DNA of 64,000 bases from Candidatus Entotheonellaceae bacterium (GTDB lineage Bacteria > Tectomicrobia > Entotheonellia > Entotheonellales > Entotheonellaceae): assembly GCA_965238075.1 (NCBI GenBank), contig OZ250173.1:896001-960000 (forward strand), in the 5' to 3' direction. Of the stretch, positions 50,620 to 59,475 are shown piece after piece. The notes beneath the pieces were generated by a model that saw only the letters and a program-made list of their open reading frames with translations, searched no databases and had not been told where the DNA came from. Each line of letters begins with the position of its first letter. Position 1 is the stretch's first letter. Position numbers and translations under genes: made by a program.

Positions 50620-51639
50620 ATGACCGATCTGCCCATTCTTCCCACCACCGTCGTCGGCTCGCACGGCAAGCCCGGCTGGTGGCACGCTTGCAAAGACCTG
50701 TGCGACGAGGGCACCTGGGGCCCGTACGATCTGGCGGAACTGCTCGACGACGCCACAGACGTTGCCATCCTGGACCAGGAGCGCGCCGGGGTGGACATCA
50801 TCAGCGACGGCGAATCGCGCCGCCTCGACGGTTACGTAGACGGTTATTACCTCATCATCGACGGCATCCGTGCCCTGCCCACGGCGCGCCAGGCCGGGCC
50901 CTGGGGATACGACCAGCAGACGCGCTACGAGGCCGTCGGCAAGATCAACGCCCCCACCGGGCTGGGCATCGTGCAGGAGTTCGACTACCTGAACGCCCAC
51001 ACGCACAAGCCCACCAAGGTGACCTGCGCCGGACCGCTGACCTTCGGCTCGCGCATCCGGCCCAATAATTTCTACAGCGACACGGTGGCGGTGGCCGAGG
51101 AGTTCGCGCACGTCATCAATGCCGAGCTCAAGGCGCTGGTCGACGCCGGGGCGCGTTTCATTCAGATCGACGAACCGGCGCGCGGCAACGTCAGCGGCGC
51201 CGAAATGGCCCGCCTGTTCAACCTCGCCACGGAGGGCGTGGAGGCCAAGCTGGCGTTTCACATCTGCTTCGGCAACCGCTTCGGCAGGGCGCGATTCCAG
51301 CGCTGTTACGGCAATTACTTTCCCGGCGCCCTGGAAGCGCGCGCCGATCAATTCGTGCTGGAGTACGCCAGCCGCGAAATGGCCGAGATCGAGATGTGGA
51401 AGGATTGGAACGACGGACGGGAATTGGGCGCCGGCATTATCGACGTGAAGTCGTTTCACCCGGAAACGCCGGAGGACGTGGCGGCGCGGCTGCGTCAGGT
51501 TCTCAAGTACGCCGACGCCGACAAGGTGTACATCAACCCCGACTGCGGGTTTGGCTGGAGTCCGCGCGGCATGGCGGTGGACAAGCTGCGCGCTATGGTC
51601 GCCGGCACCCGCATCGTCCGCGAGGAACTCACCCGGTAA
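50620..51639 (+). CDS. Cobalamin-independent methionine synthase II family (single-barrel core MetE-like)
   Basis: TTVVGS, SDGE..R, IQIDEP, H.C (FHICFGN), LEY and NPDCG zinc-ligand motifs. Confidence 0.88.
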   Translation: MTDLPILPTTVVGSHGKPGWWHACKDLCDEGTWGPYDLAELLDDATDVAILDQERAGVDIISDGESRRLDGYVDGYYLIIDGIRALPTARQAGPWGYDQQTRYEAVGKINAPTGLGIVQEFDYLNAHTHKPTKVTCAGPLTFGSRIRPNNFYSDTVAVAEEFAHVINAELKALVDAGARFIQIDEPARGNVSGAEMARLFNLATEGVEAKLAFHICFGNRFGRARFQRCYGNYFPGALEARADQFVLEYASREMAEIEMWKDWNDGRELGAGIIDVKSFHPETPEDVAARLRQVLKYADADKVYINPDCGFGWSPRGMAVDKLRAMVAGTRIVREELTR

Positions 51640-51651
51640 GGAAGGTGACCC

Positions 51652-52032
51652 ATGTACTGGCCCAAGAACAAGGTGCAGACCGTTCTGACGGTGCTTCTGA
51701 CGTTGGCGTTTCTGCTGTCGGGAATTATGAAGCTGACGGGGGCTGAACAGATCAGGCAGGGCTTCGAGAACTGGGGCTATCCGATCATCTTCATGTATTT
51801 CATCGGCCTCTGTGAGGTAGCGGGCGCCATTGGTTTATGGCTGCGGCGCTTCTCATTCGCCGCCAAAGTCTGCATCCTCCTCCTCATGGCGGGCGCAGTA
51901 CTGACGCATCTCGTCTTCGACGGGGTCGGCGAGGCCGTGGCGCCCATCATCCTGATTATCCTGACCGCTGTGGCGCTGGCGCTGCACCGCAAAGAGCGGG
52001 ACACGAATGATGACCTGATGCCCGCGGGTTAG
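51652..52032 (+). CDS. DoxX family membrane protein
   Basis: SG..KL, F..WGYP, G..E..GA.GL and M.GA..TH motifs. Confidence 0.88.
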   Translation: MYWPKNKVQTVLTVLLTLAFLLSGIMKLTGAEQIRQGFENWGYPIIFMYFIGLCEVAGAIGLWLRRFSFAAKVCILLLMAGAVLTHLVFDGVGEAVAPIILIILTAVALALHRKERDTNDDLMPAG

Positions 52033-52073
52033 ATCGGTCGGCAGGCCAAGCTGGTCGACTTGTTTGTCTGTCC

Positions 52074-52574
52074 CTAACCGTCCGCCTGAATTCCGAGAGT
52101 TTCACTGCGACCGGCATATTCGGGACAAAGCTGGATAACCTGTACGCCCAAATCATTTATCAGGTCGCCATTTTCGTGCCAGTCACTATCAGTAGCATTC
52201 AGAATGGGCGCTCGCGCTACTACCGCAACCGCGAGGAATTTCCTGTCAGAGGGATCAAGTTGGTTGGGTGGCAATTCTGCGAAGCCTTGGTCCTCTCCAG
52301 ATGGATTAATGGCCACCCGGGACACACGCTTCGGATTGTACCGGTAATTGAACAGGTGCTTGAAAAACATGTCACCTGTCCCAGGCCCTCCCGAGAAATT
52401 CAGGTGGTTCTGATATTCCGCAAATATAAGATCCCCTGTGTCAATCGTAACTCGATGCCGCTTGACCACTTGTTCCAATTCTGAAATGCAGGCAAGCTGG
52501 CAGTCCAGATCTGTGTGAATATCTCTACCGTTGGCAACGACAGCAACGTTACAATCCACCACAATGTCCCTCAC
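52074..52574 (-). CDS. PIN-like domain protein
   Basis: N-terminal VVDCNV, I..EY, DPSDRKFLAVA and ATDSDW acidic motifs; GTGA overlap with upstream ATPase. Confidence 0.65.
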   Translation of the reverse strand: MRDIVVDCNVAVVANGRDIHTDLDCQLACISELEQVVKRHRVTIDTGDLIFAEYQNHLNFSGGPGTGDMFFKHLFNYRYNPKRVSRVAINPSGEDQGFAELPPNQLDPSDRKFLAVAVVARAPILNATDSDWHENGDLINDLGVQVIQLCPEYAGRSETLGIQADG

Positions 52575-53944
52575 CCTGTGGGCTCTCCCTTCTTCTTCAT
52601 CAAACCAGCCTTCTGTATCGCCGCGATTTCTCCGAGCTCATCCCCAAAGAAGCGCTCAGGCCAGTTTTCTATCTCGCCGAACATGTTCAACTCGAGATCC
52701 TCAATGGAGGCAACTGAACCACGGCTTCGGCAAAAGTAAAGTTTTACAAAACCGTCGCTGTAAGCCTCCTGCTCGGCCACTCGCCGCTGAAAGCGTCTCA
52801 AAAGATGTTCGCTATGACTCTCCACAAGTACTTGCAGGCTTCGGCTCTTGGCGGCAGTGAGCATTACGTCGGCCAGCCCGCTCTGCACCGAGGGATGGAG
52901 ATGGATCTCCGGCTGCTCCATCATAATTGTGGAGCCCTCCGGAACGTAATAAAGCAGCACCAGAGCGGGCAACACCTGAGAGACCCCGAATCCTACATCT
53001 GTTAACAACACCTCTGGACTTCTTGAATCCTGTTTGACCCATGCCTGATAGAGGTTTGAACCTTCGGCAATCTCTTTGATACTGAAGGAGTCAATCAGAC
53101 CTAGTTCTCGTAACCAATAAGCAATGATGCCTTGAAATGTTCTGAGACGAGTCCTTTTGCCGAGATTGCGTTTCTCATTTCGTGCGGTCGCTGCGAGAAT
53201 CGCGTCAATGGTTCTTTCGCCCCGCAATCCGACATCTTCAGGCTTGGCGCCAGCCCAGCGATATTCCCGCTTAGGATACTCGCGAAGAGGGCCGAGGTAG
53301 AAAAGCCGATCAAGCAGACTTTCATATTCATGTTCAAATACACTCAGAAAATCCGCGTTTTTGTAATATGTCTTGGCTTGGTCTGGAAATAGGTAATTTT
53401 TTACCGGCCCCGGCAAATCCCAGACTCGCCCTTGGGTTCGTACGAAATGGAAATTACCTTCAGAACGCCTATCCGGTTTCAGTTGATAGCGCGTTCTGGA
53501 TTGCGCTTTGGGTTTCAGGGAAAAGCTTTGTTCCGAAAACCGGTACGTAAGTTCCGTCCTAAGCTGTAAATCGTTCTCAAAGATGATACTTTCGATCTCC
53601 ATATCGTCACCGGAAAATAGAACCTCGGTACGTTTTCCTTCGGGGTTGGAAATCCTCAAAGTCTTGGGTAATTTCCACTTCAATAGTGAATACACTGACA
53701 ACGTATCATCGTGGTTGTGAACCACGTCTCGATATGTCCCCAGATTTACATGTTGTTCCGGGCCGCCGAAATCAAGCACCAAGCCCCGATCAGTAGCTGC
53801 TTTAGTTTGTTTCAGCAACAACAGCCATTGCAACAAGGAGCTTTTGCCAGTGCTATTGGCGCCAAATATCCCGGTCACCCGACCAAAATCAATTTTGAGC
53901 TTTTCCCATATCTTGAAATTATCGAGTGCTAGATGCTTAAGCAT
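52571..53944 (-). CDS. ABC-type AAA_15/21 ATPase with DUF3696-like C-terminus
   Basis: NFK, Walker A GANSTGKS, YLGPLR, signature VGFGVSQ, Walker B MEQPEIHLHP, ESHSEH and C-terminal G....WP..FF motifs; visibly lower GC. Confidence 0.85.
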   Translation of the reverse strand: MLKHLALDNFKIWEKLKIDFGRVTGIFGANSTGKSSLLQWLLLLKQTKAATDRGLVLDFGGPEQHVNLGTYRDVVHNHDDTLSVYSLLKWKLPKTLRISNPEGKRTEVLFSGDDMEIESIIFENDLQLRTELTYRFSEQSFSLKPKAQSRTRYQLKPDRRSEGNFHFVRTQGRVWDLPGPVKNYLFPDQAKTYYKNADFLSVFEHEYESLLDRLFYLGPLREYPKREYRWAGAKPEDVGLRGERTIDAILAATARNEKRNLGKRTRLRTFQGIIAYWLRELGLIDSFSIKEIAEGSNLYQAWVKQDSRSPEVLLTDVGFGVSQVLPALVLLYYVPEGSTIMMEQPEIHLHPSVQSGLADVMLTAAKSRSLQVLVESHSEHLLRRFQRRVAEQEAYSDGFVKLYFCRSRGSVASIEDLELNMFGEIENWPERFFGDELGEIAAIQKAGLMKKKGEPTG

Positions 53945-54132
53945 AATGCGAGCCCTCATTTACACATGGCTAGCAGTGCGAGTGGACACTGGCAAGCCAT
54001 CAATGGATGTCCAAAGCAGCAATACCAAAAAATTTAACGCGCTTCACATAATAGATGGATAATAGATGGGCGCCTCATCCTGAACAAGAGCCGAGGTTCT
54101 TATCGCTCACACACAGCGCCCTTAATGATAAT

Positions 54133-54951
54133 TTAAGGCATTTGAACGTGGGATTTTTGTAGATACGCCGGCCAAAGCGGCGCGACGGCGGGGCTTGCGA
54201 CCATGAAGAAGGGATTGAGCAGGTCCTCCTTGTTGTACCGTAACGGCTCGTTCCCCAGTGTGGTGACGCGGCCGCCGGCCTGCTCGACGACGCACTGTGC
54301 CGCCGCGGTGTCCCATTCCATAGTCGGGGCAAGCCGGGGGTAGAGGTCGGCCTCGCCTTCCGCCACCATGCATAGCTTCAGTGCGCTGCCTCTGGATACC
54401 ACCGCCAAGTCGTGCTCCCGCGCCATCCTGTCCAGAAACAGCACGGTCGGCGTCGAGGCATGTGAACGGCTGGCCACCACCTTCACGGGCTGCCCGACGG
54501 TTTGCGCGGCCTGCAGCCGGACGGTCTTGCCGTCGGCTGACCTGTACGCGCCCTCCCCTTCAGCCGCCCAGTACGTCTGGCCCGACACCGGCAAGTGCAC
54601 CACCCCCAGGACTGGCCGGTGACCGCGGATCAAGGCGATGTTGATGGTGAACTCGCCGTTGCGGCGCAGAAACTCCTTCGTCCCGTCCAACGGATCGACC
54701 AGCCAAAACGTGTCCCAATGCCGGCGGTCGGCGTACGTAATGCCCTGCGACTCCTCCGACAATACCGGCCACTCCGGCGTCAGACGCTCCAGCCCCGCCA
54801 CGATATGCCGGTGCGACGCCAAGTCCGCCTGCGTCAGTGGCGAGAAATCCTCCTTGACGACCACCCCAAAATCCGCCGATTGATAGACCTCCAATATAGC
54901 TTCAGCCGCTTCCCCGGCAATGCGCCGAACCTCCGGTAATAACTCCTGCAT
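54133..54951 (-). CDS. cysQ: 3'(2'),5'-bisphosphate nucleotidase CysQ
   Basis: SPLTQAD, LSEE, WLVDPLDGTKEF, GEFTINIALI, SRSH, GSALK and PTMEWDTAA motifs. Confidence 0.95.
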   Translation of the reverse strand: MQELLPEVRRIAGEAAEAILEVYQSADFGVVVKEDFSPLTQADLASHRHIVAGLERLTPEWPVLSEESQGITYADRRHWDTFWLVDPLDGTKEFLRRNGEFTINIALIRGHRPVLGVVHLPVSGQTYWAAEGEGAYRSADGKTVRLQAAQTVGQPVKVVASRSHASTPTVLFLDRMAREHDLAVVSRGSALKLCMVAEGEADLYPRLAPTMEWDTAAAQCVVEQAGGRVTTLGNEPLRYNKEDLLNPFFMVASPAVAPLWPAYLQKSHVQMP

Positions 54952-55197
54952 GTTGTCTCCCAATTGAACACCCTTGCACTGCGCCCACGGCTACCCATGG
55001 GACCTGCCGGAACCTCCCTTCTGCGTTCCCCCCGAGCGATTCCCGCTGTCCGCCAAGATAGCCATAAGAAACTATTAACACCGCCTTAATTGCGTGCTTA
55101 CGTTGGCTTTGTAGAAGGTTCCTATTGTTTAGTCTTCACCACCGGAGCCGAGTTGCGCCGGTGGCACTTTAACGTTTACAAGGAGGAAACACGACCT

Positions 55198-55789
55198 ATG
55201 CGGCATCTCAAAGGATTGGTGATCGGCATCTCCGTTCTGGCCCTGCTGGGTTGCGCGGCTCAGCAGAATGCGGCGTCGAGCAAGGCCATGCCCGAAGCCG
55301 ACGAGATGGCCTCGATGGAAGGCCTGCCCACGCTGGTGGATCAGATCGGTGGAGATTTCTACGTCTACGACCACGACGGTCGGTACTACGTCATCGGTAG
55401 CGCCGAGATGGCCAAGAAGTTCAAGGGAAGCGGCCACCTGCCCTACACCCACACCCTGATTGGCGCCGGCCCGCACGGCAGGACTGTTATCTTCGAGGTC
55501 GTCAAGAAGAAGCCCGAGTTGTGGAGCGCCTGCAAGAGATGTATGAGAGCACCCCCCACCTGGTGGCAAGGGAGGGTGAGGATTATTTTGGTACCACCAC
55601 CAGGGACGCTATTACGTTGTCGGCAGCACCAAGATGAGCATCAAGTTCATCGGCAGCGGGCACCTGCCATACACCCGCACCGTTATCGGCGGCGGACCGC
55701 AAGGCAAGACGGTGGTCTTCGAGATCGACAAAAAGAAGCCGGAATACGTCGAGCGGCTGATGACCCAATTCCGGTCAAAGTCCATGTAG
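55198..55789 (+). pseudogene. Lipoprotein with two tandem ~70-aa repeats, interrupted by two apparent 1-nt deletions
   Basis: RBS AAGGAGG, lipobox LLGC; repeat 1 DGRYYVIGS..GHLPYTHTLIGAGPHGRTVIFE and repeat 2 (other frame) QGRYYVVGS..GHLPYTRTVIGGGPQGKTVVFE; shifts near 55520 and 55590. Confidence 0.75.
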
Positions 55790-55834
55790 ATTGATCCACC
55801 CCTCGTCCAAATGGTAGAGGAGCTGCCCCACCGA

Positions 55835-56485
55835 TCAGTGCATGGGCCACATGGCGGCGGCGAGGGACGATTCGATGTCCCGCACCGCTTTCGAGACCTC
55901 CCGGCCGATCAGGTCCATCCTGCGGACCTGATCAATGCGTTGGGTGACGCCCTGCAACTCCCGCCTGGAGAGCAGGATTTTGAAGATGTCGCACACGTCG
56001 GCAAGGGAAATGATGATGATATCGCGCGCATCCGGGATTTCATTGCTGAACAGGACCTCCATGATCCGCAGCTTCACTTCCTGGATGGACTGGTTGTTGA
56101 TGACCGGGTAGCGCCGCGTCTGGAACACCCACAGGAAATAATCGTCCTCTCGGTGGAGAACCCCACGCTGGACAAGACGCGCCAGCGAGCGCTCGCGAAT
56201 CTCAACCGCCTGGGCGCTTGTCTGCTCGACCCAGTAGCGGGTGTCGTGTGTCTCCGTCGATTCCACGATGCGGGCAAGCGTCGGATCCAGCAAATCATCC
56301 CCAATCGGTGTCGTATCGGTGACGAAGAGATGATTCTCATCGGTATCGATGCGGCCCTCTATCGCCAGATCCATCAGAACCGCGCCGGCAAGCGCGTACT
56401 TGAACGACAGCATGGGTATGTCGGCGAATTCCCTACCCTTGTCATCAAGCAGAAGAAGCAGCAGCTCCTCCGAAAATCTCAACAT
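55835..56485 (-). CDS. GPP34/GOLPH3 family protein
   Basis: L...EELLLL.LDD, AGAVL.DL...GRI, PIGD.LLD, LV.RGVL and RRYP motifs. Confidence 0.85.
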   Translation of the reverse strand: MLRFSEELLLLLLDDKGREFADIPMLSFKYALAGAVLMDLAIEGRIDTDENHLFVTDTTPIGDDLLDPTLARIVESTETHDTRYWVEQTSAQAVEIRERSLARLVQRGVLHREDDYFLWVFQTRRYPVINNQSIQEVKLRIMEVLFSNEIPDARDIIIISLADVCDIFKILLSRRELQGVTQRIDQVRRMDLIGREVSKAVRDIESSLAAAMWPMH

Positions 56486-56659
56486 AGGCGCAGTCTCCTG
56501 ATCTGAGGGCACAATTGGCACGTGTGTCGTGGCGGCGCGGAATGGACGAAACCAAGCCTGGAACCGGCCCCTTCCGCCAAGGCTGTATTTGATATGGCCC
56601 CATATTATGACATCGTTGGGGACTATGACAAAGGCAGAGTCCGCCTCGTTAACGGCCGG

Positions 56660-57613
56660 CTACAGAAAATCCTCGCCGACCCCTTCCAGTCCGTCTCGAA
56701 TCGCTTCCCGCTCCTCGGCCGTGAGTTCCGGCATGTCGCTCACGGCCAGGTTTTCCGCCGCCTGCGCTGCCGTTTTGATGCCGGGAATGACCACCGAAAT
56801 TTCCGGCGCGTCCAGAACGAACCGCAACGCTGCCTGCGCCAGCGAGCGCTGCTCGGCGGCCAGAAAACCCACCCCATTGGCCACATCAGCTTGCAGGGCG
56901 AGATAACCCGGCGGCCAGGAAGCTCGCACGTCGCTGGGGTCGAACGTGGTGTCAGCCGTGTAGTTGCCGCTCAGCACGCCGCTGCACAGAGGCGAACGGA
57001 TAATCAGGCCAACGTCGTTATCCCGCGCCTCCGGGAAAAGCTCTTCGCGCGGGTCCTGCCGCAGCAGGTTGTACTCCACTTGCAGGGCATCCGGCTTGCC
57101 GGTATGGATGGCCATGATGCCCTCGTAGGCGTCGTGCACCGAGACGCCGTAATGGCGAATCTTGCCCTGCTGCTTCAGATCGTCCAGCACCTCGTAGTGC
57201 TCGCCGCGCTCCAGCATCATCAGCGGCGGGTTGTGCAGTTGGTACAGATCGACGTAGTCCATGCGCAGGCGTTGTAGACTCTTGTCCAGCGCCTCCCGGA
57301 TGTAGCCGGGATCGAAGTTCTTGCGGAACGGCCCATGGTAGAAATCGCATCCCACCTTGGTGGCAATGACGCAGGCCGAGCGGTGCTTCGCCAGGGCCTG
57401 GCCGAGCAGCTTTTCGCTGAGGCCGTGGCCGTACACGTCAGCGGTGTCGAAAAATGTGCAGCCCAGATCGAAGGCACGAGCGACGGCGCGCAGCGATTCC
57501 CTGTTGTCGGTCGGGCCGTAACTGTGGCCGTGAGCGTTGCCGCCAATCGCCCAGGCACCAAACCCCACCTCCGATACCTGCAATTCCGTCCGTCCCAACC
57601 GCCGGTAGCGCAC
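56660..57613 (-). CDS. Aldo/keto reductase
   Basis: LG.T.L.VS.VGFG.W, FDTADVYG.G.SE, SL.RL..DYVDLYQLH and GKIR..GVS motifs. Confidence 0.94.
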   Translation of the reverse strand: MRYRRLGRTELQVSEVGFGAWAIGGNAHGHSYGPTDNRESLRAVARAFDLGCTFFDTADVYGHGLSEKLLGQALAKHRSACVIATKVGCDFYHGPFRKNFDPGYIREALDKSLQRLRMDYVDLYQLHNPPLMMLERGEHYEVLDDLKQQGKIRHYGVSVHDAYEGIMAIHTGKPDALQVEYNLLRQDPREELFPEARDNDVGLIIRSPLCSGVLSGNYTADTTFDPSDVRASWPPGYLALQADVANGVGFLAAEQRSLAQAALRFVLDAPEISVVIPGIKTAAQAAENLAVSDMPELTAEEREAIRDGLEGVGEDFL

Positions 57614-57787
57614 CTGATCCTCCTCCCCTTGCTGAACGCCTGTCGCGCCATTGTCACCACTCCTCGCCCGCCTGCGCCGCCAATTTTACAACAGGTGACA
57701 GGAGCATAAACCAGATAGTATAGTAGCCCGCCGCAAAAGCCGAGCCACTTTCTGGAACGGAGATTCCCACCCCTGGCGTAGGGGCCT

Positions 57788-58219
57788 ATGAACGACCTGC
57801 TTGCGTATCTTCACCCTGCCCTGCAAGTGATCGTGCTGGTAATCGCCGTCGCCGTGCTGCGTTTGGGGCTAGCCCTGAAGAACGATCGCCTGGGGCCGCG
57901 GCGCTTGGAGCAGCGGTATGGCGTGATGCGGCGGCATACGCAACTGGGATGGCTATTCCTTGGGTGCCTGGCGGCCGGTTACGCGTTCGGGCTGGTCAGC
58001 ATGTGGCTGTTTCGTGAGCAGGCGCTGTTTCGTTCGGCGCACTTTTTCTTCGGAACGCTGGCGTTACTGCTGTTTCTGGGCGGCGGCTACATGGGCTGGC
58101 GGCTGCAACGCGGCACGCCCCGTTACGCGGACGTGCGGGACGTGCACGGCTTTCTGGCGTACCTGGGGCTATTCGTCTCGCTCGGGGTCGCCGTGATGGG
58201 GTTTATCCTGCTGCCCTAA
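57788..58219 (+). CDS. DUF4079-like four-TM membrane protein
   Basis: HP, RH...G, S.HF..G and R..H conserved His pattern (possible b-heme ligands). Confidence 0.7.
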   Translation: MNDLLAYLHPALQVIVLVIAVAVLRLGLALKNDRLGPRRLEQRYGVMRRHTQLGWLFLGCLAAGYAFGLVSMWLFREQALFRSAHFFFGTLALLLFLGGGYMGWRLQRGTPRYADVRDVHGFLAYLGLFVSLGVAVMGFILLP

Positions 58220-58285
58220 TGTCACGGGGCGAGTGGATTGTTGGGATAGCCGGAGGTACGGGACCTCGGCCATTGGGAGAAAGGC

Positions 58286-59449
58286 ATGACGGCAGAAGCT
58301 CCGTCGGCGGCAGTCGCCGACAGCATGTCCTGGTTTGCGGACACCCACGAGCAGTTGTTGGAAGAAACGTTGCATTTGTGCCGCATACCGGCGCCGACGT
58401 TCGACGAGGCCGAGCGCGCCGTTTACGTGGCCGAGCGCATGCGAACCATCGCGCTGAGCGACGTGCAAGTCGACGCCATTCACAACGTCAGTGGCGTGCT
58501 GAACTATGGCGGTACGGGGCCGACGACGCTGGTGGTGGCCCACCTCGACACTGTGTTTCCGCGCGCCACCCCCCTGCACGTGCGGCGCACCAGGCAGCGC
58601 CTCTACGGCCCCGGCATCGGCGACAACTCTCTGGCGGTGGCGGCGATGCTCAACGTGGCGGCGGCCATGCAGCGTTTTCGGCCCGAGACGGCCGGACGCG
58701 TCATCTTTGCCGCCAGCGTCGGCGAGGAAGGCTTGGGAAACCTGTGCGGCATCCGAGGGCTGATGGAAACCTGGGGGCGCGACGTGGATACGGTCATCGC
58801 GGTCGAGGGGCACGGCGTCGACGAAATCCGTCACGCCGGCATCGGCAGCACGCGGTTGAAGGTAACCTTCAGCGGTCCCGGTGGCCACAGCTGGGGCGCC
58901 TTCGGTACCCCCAGCGCCATCCACGCCATGGGCACGGTCATTCACAAGCTGTCGCAATTCAAGATGTCCGCCAATCCCAGGACTACCTTCAACGTCGGGC
59001 TTGTCGATGGCGGCGCCAGCGTCAACACCATCGCGCCGCGCGCCACCATGCTGGTGGACCTACGCTCGGTGTCGGCGCGCCACTTGGAACAACTGGAAGC
59101 GCGCGTAGCCCACCTGCTGAAGGACGTCGAGCGCCACACCGGGGTCAGTGTGGAAAACATCATTGTCGGTCGGCGCCCGGCGGCGGCGTTGTCGGTCTCG
59201 CATCCGCTGTGCAAGGGCATCTTGGACATTCGCAAACGTCTACGCATGCGGCCGGCGGTCTTCAGCGCCTCCAGCACCGACGCCAATTTACCGCTCAGCC
59301 TGGGGGTTCCCTCGGTGTGCCTGGGCATTACGCGCGGCGGCTTGGCGCACACCGTCAAGGAATACATCGAATGCGGCCCGGTCCTGGGCGGCGTGAAGCA
59401 GCTGTTTTTCACCCTTTTGCACACCCTGGAGAGCCCCGCGATCGCGTAA
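58286..59449 (+). CDS. M20/M25/M40 family metallohydrolase
   Basis: AHLDTVF, GPGIGDNS, VGEEGLG.L.G, GPGGHSWG.FG, STDAN and AH...E motifs. Confidence 0.9.
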   Translation: MTAEAPSAAVADSMSWFADTHEQLLEETLHLCRIPAPTFDEAERAVYVAERMRTIALSDVQVDAIHNVSGVLNYGGTGPTTLVVAHLDTVFPRATPLHVRRTRQRLYGPGIGDNSLAVAAMLNVAAAMQRFRPETAGRVIFAASVGEEGLGNLCGIRGLMETWGRDVDTVIAVEGHGVDEIRHAGIGSTRLKVTFSGPGGHSWGAFGTPSAIHAMGTVIHKLSQFKMSANPRTTFNVGLVDGGASVNTIAPRATMLVDLRSVSARHLEQLEARVAHLLKDVERHTGVSVENIIVGRRPAAALSVSHPLCKGILDIRKRLRMRPAVFSASSTDANLPLSLGVPSVCLGITRGGLAHTVKEYIECGPVLGGVKQLFFTLLHTLESPAIA

Positions 59450-59475
59450 CGGCGGAGACCGGGAAAGGAGTCGAG

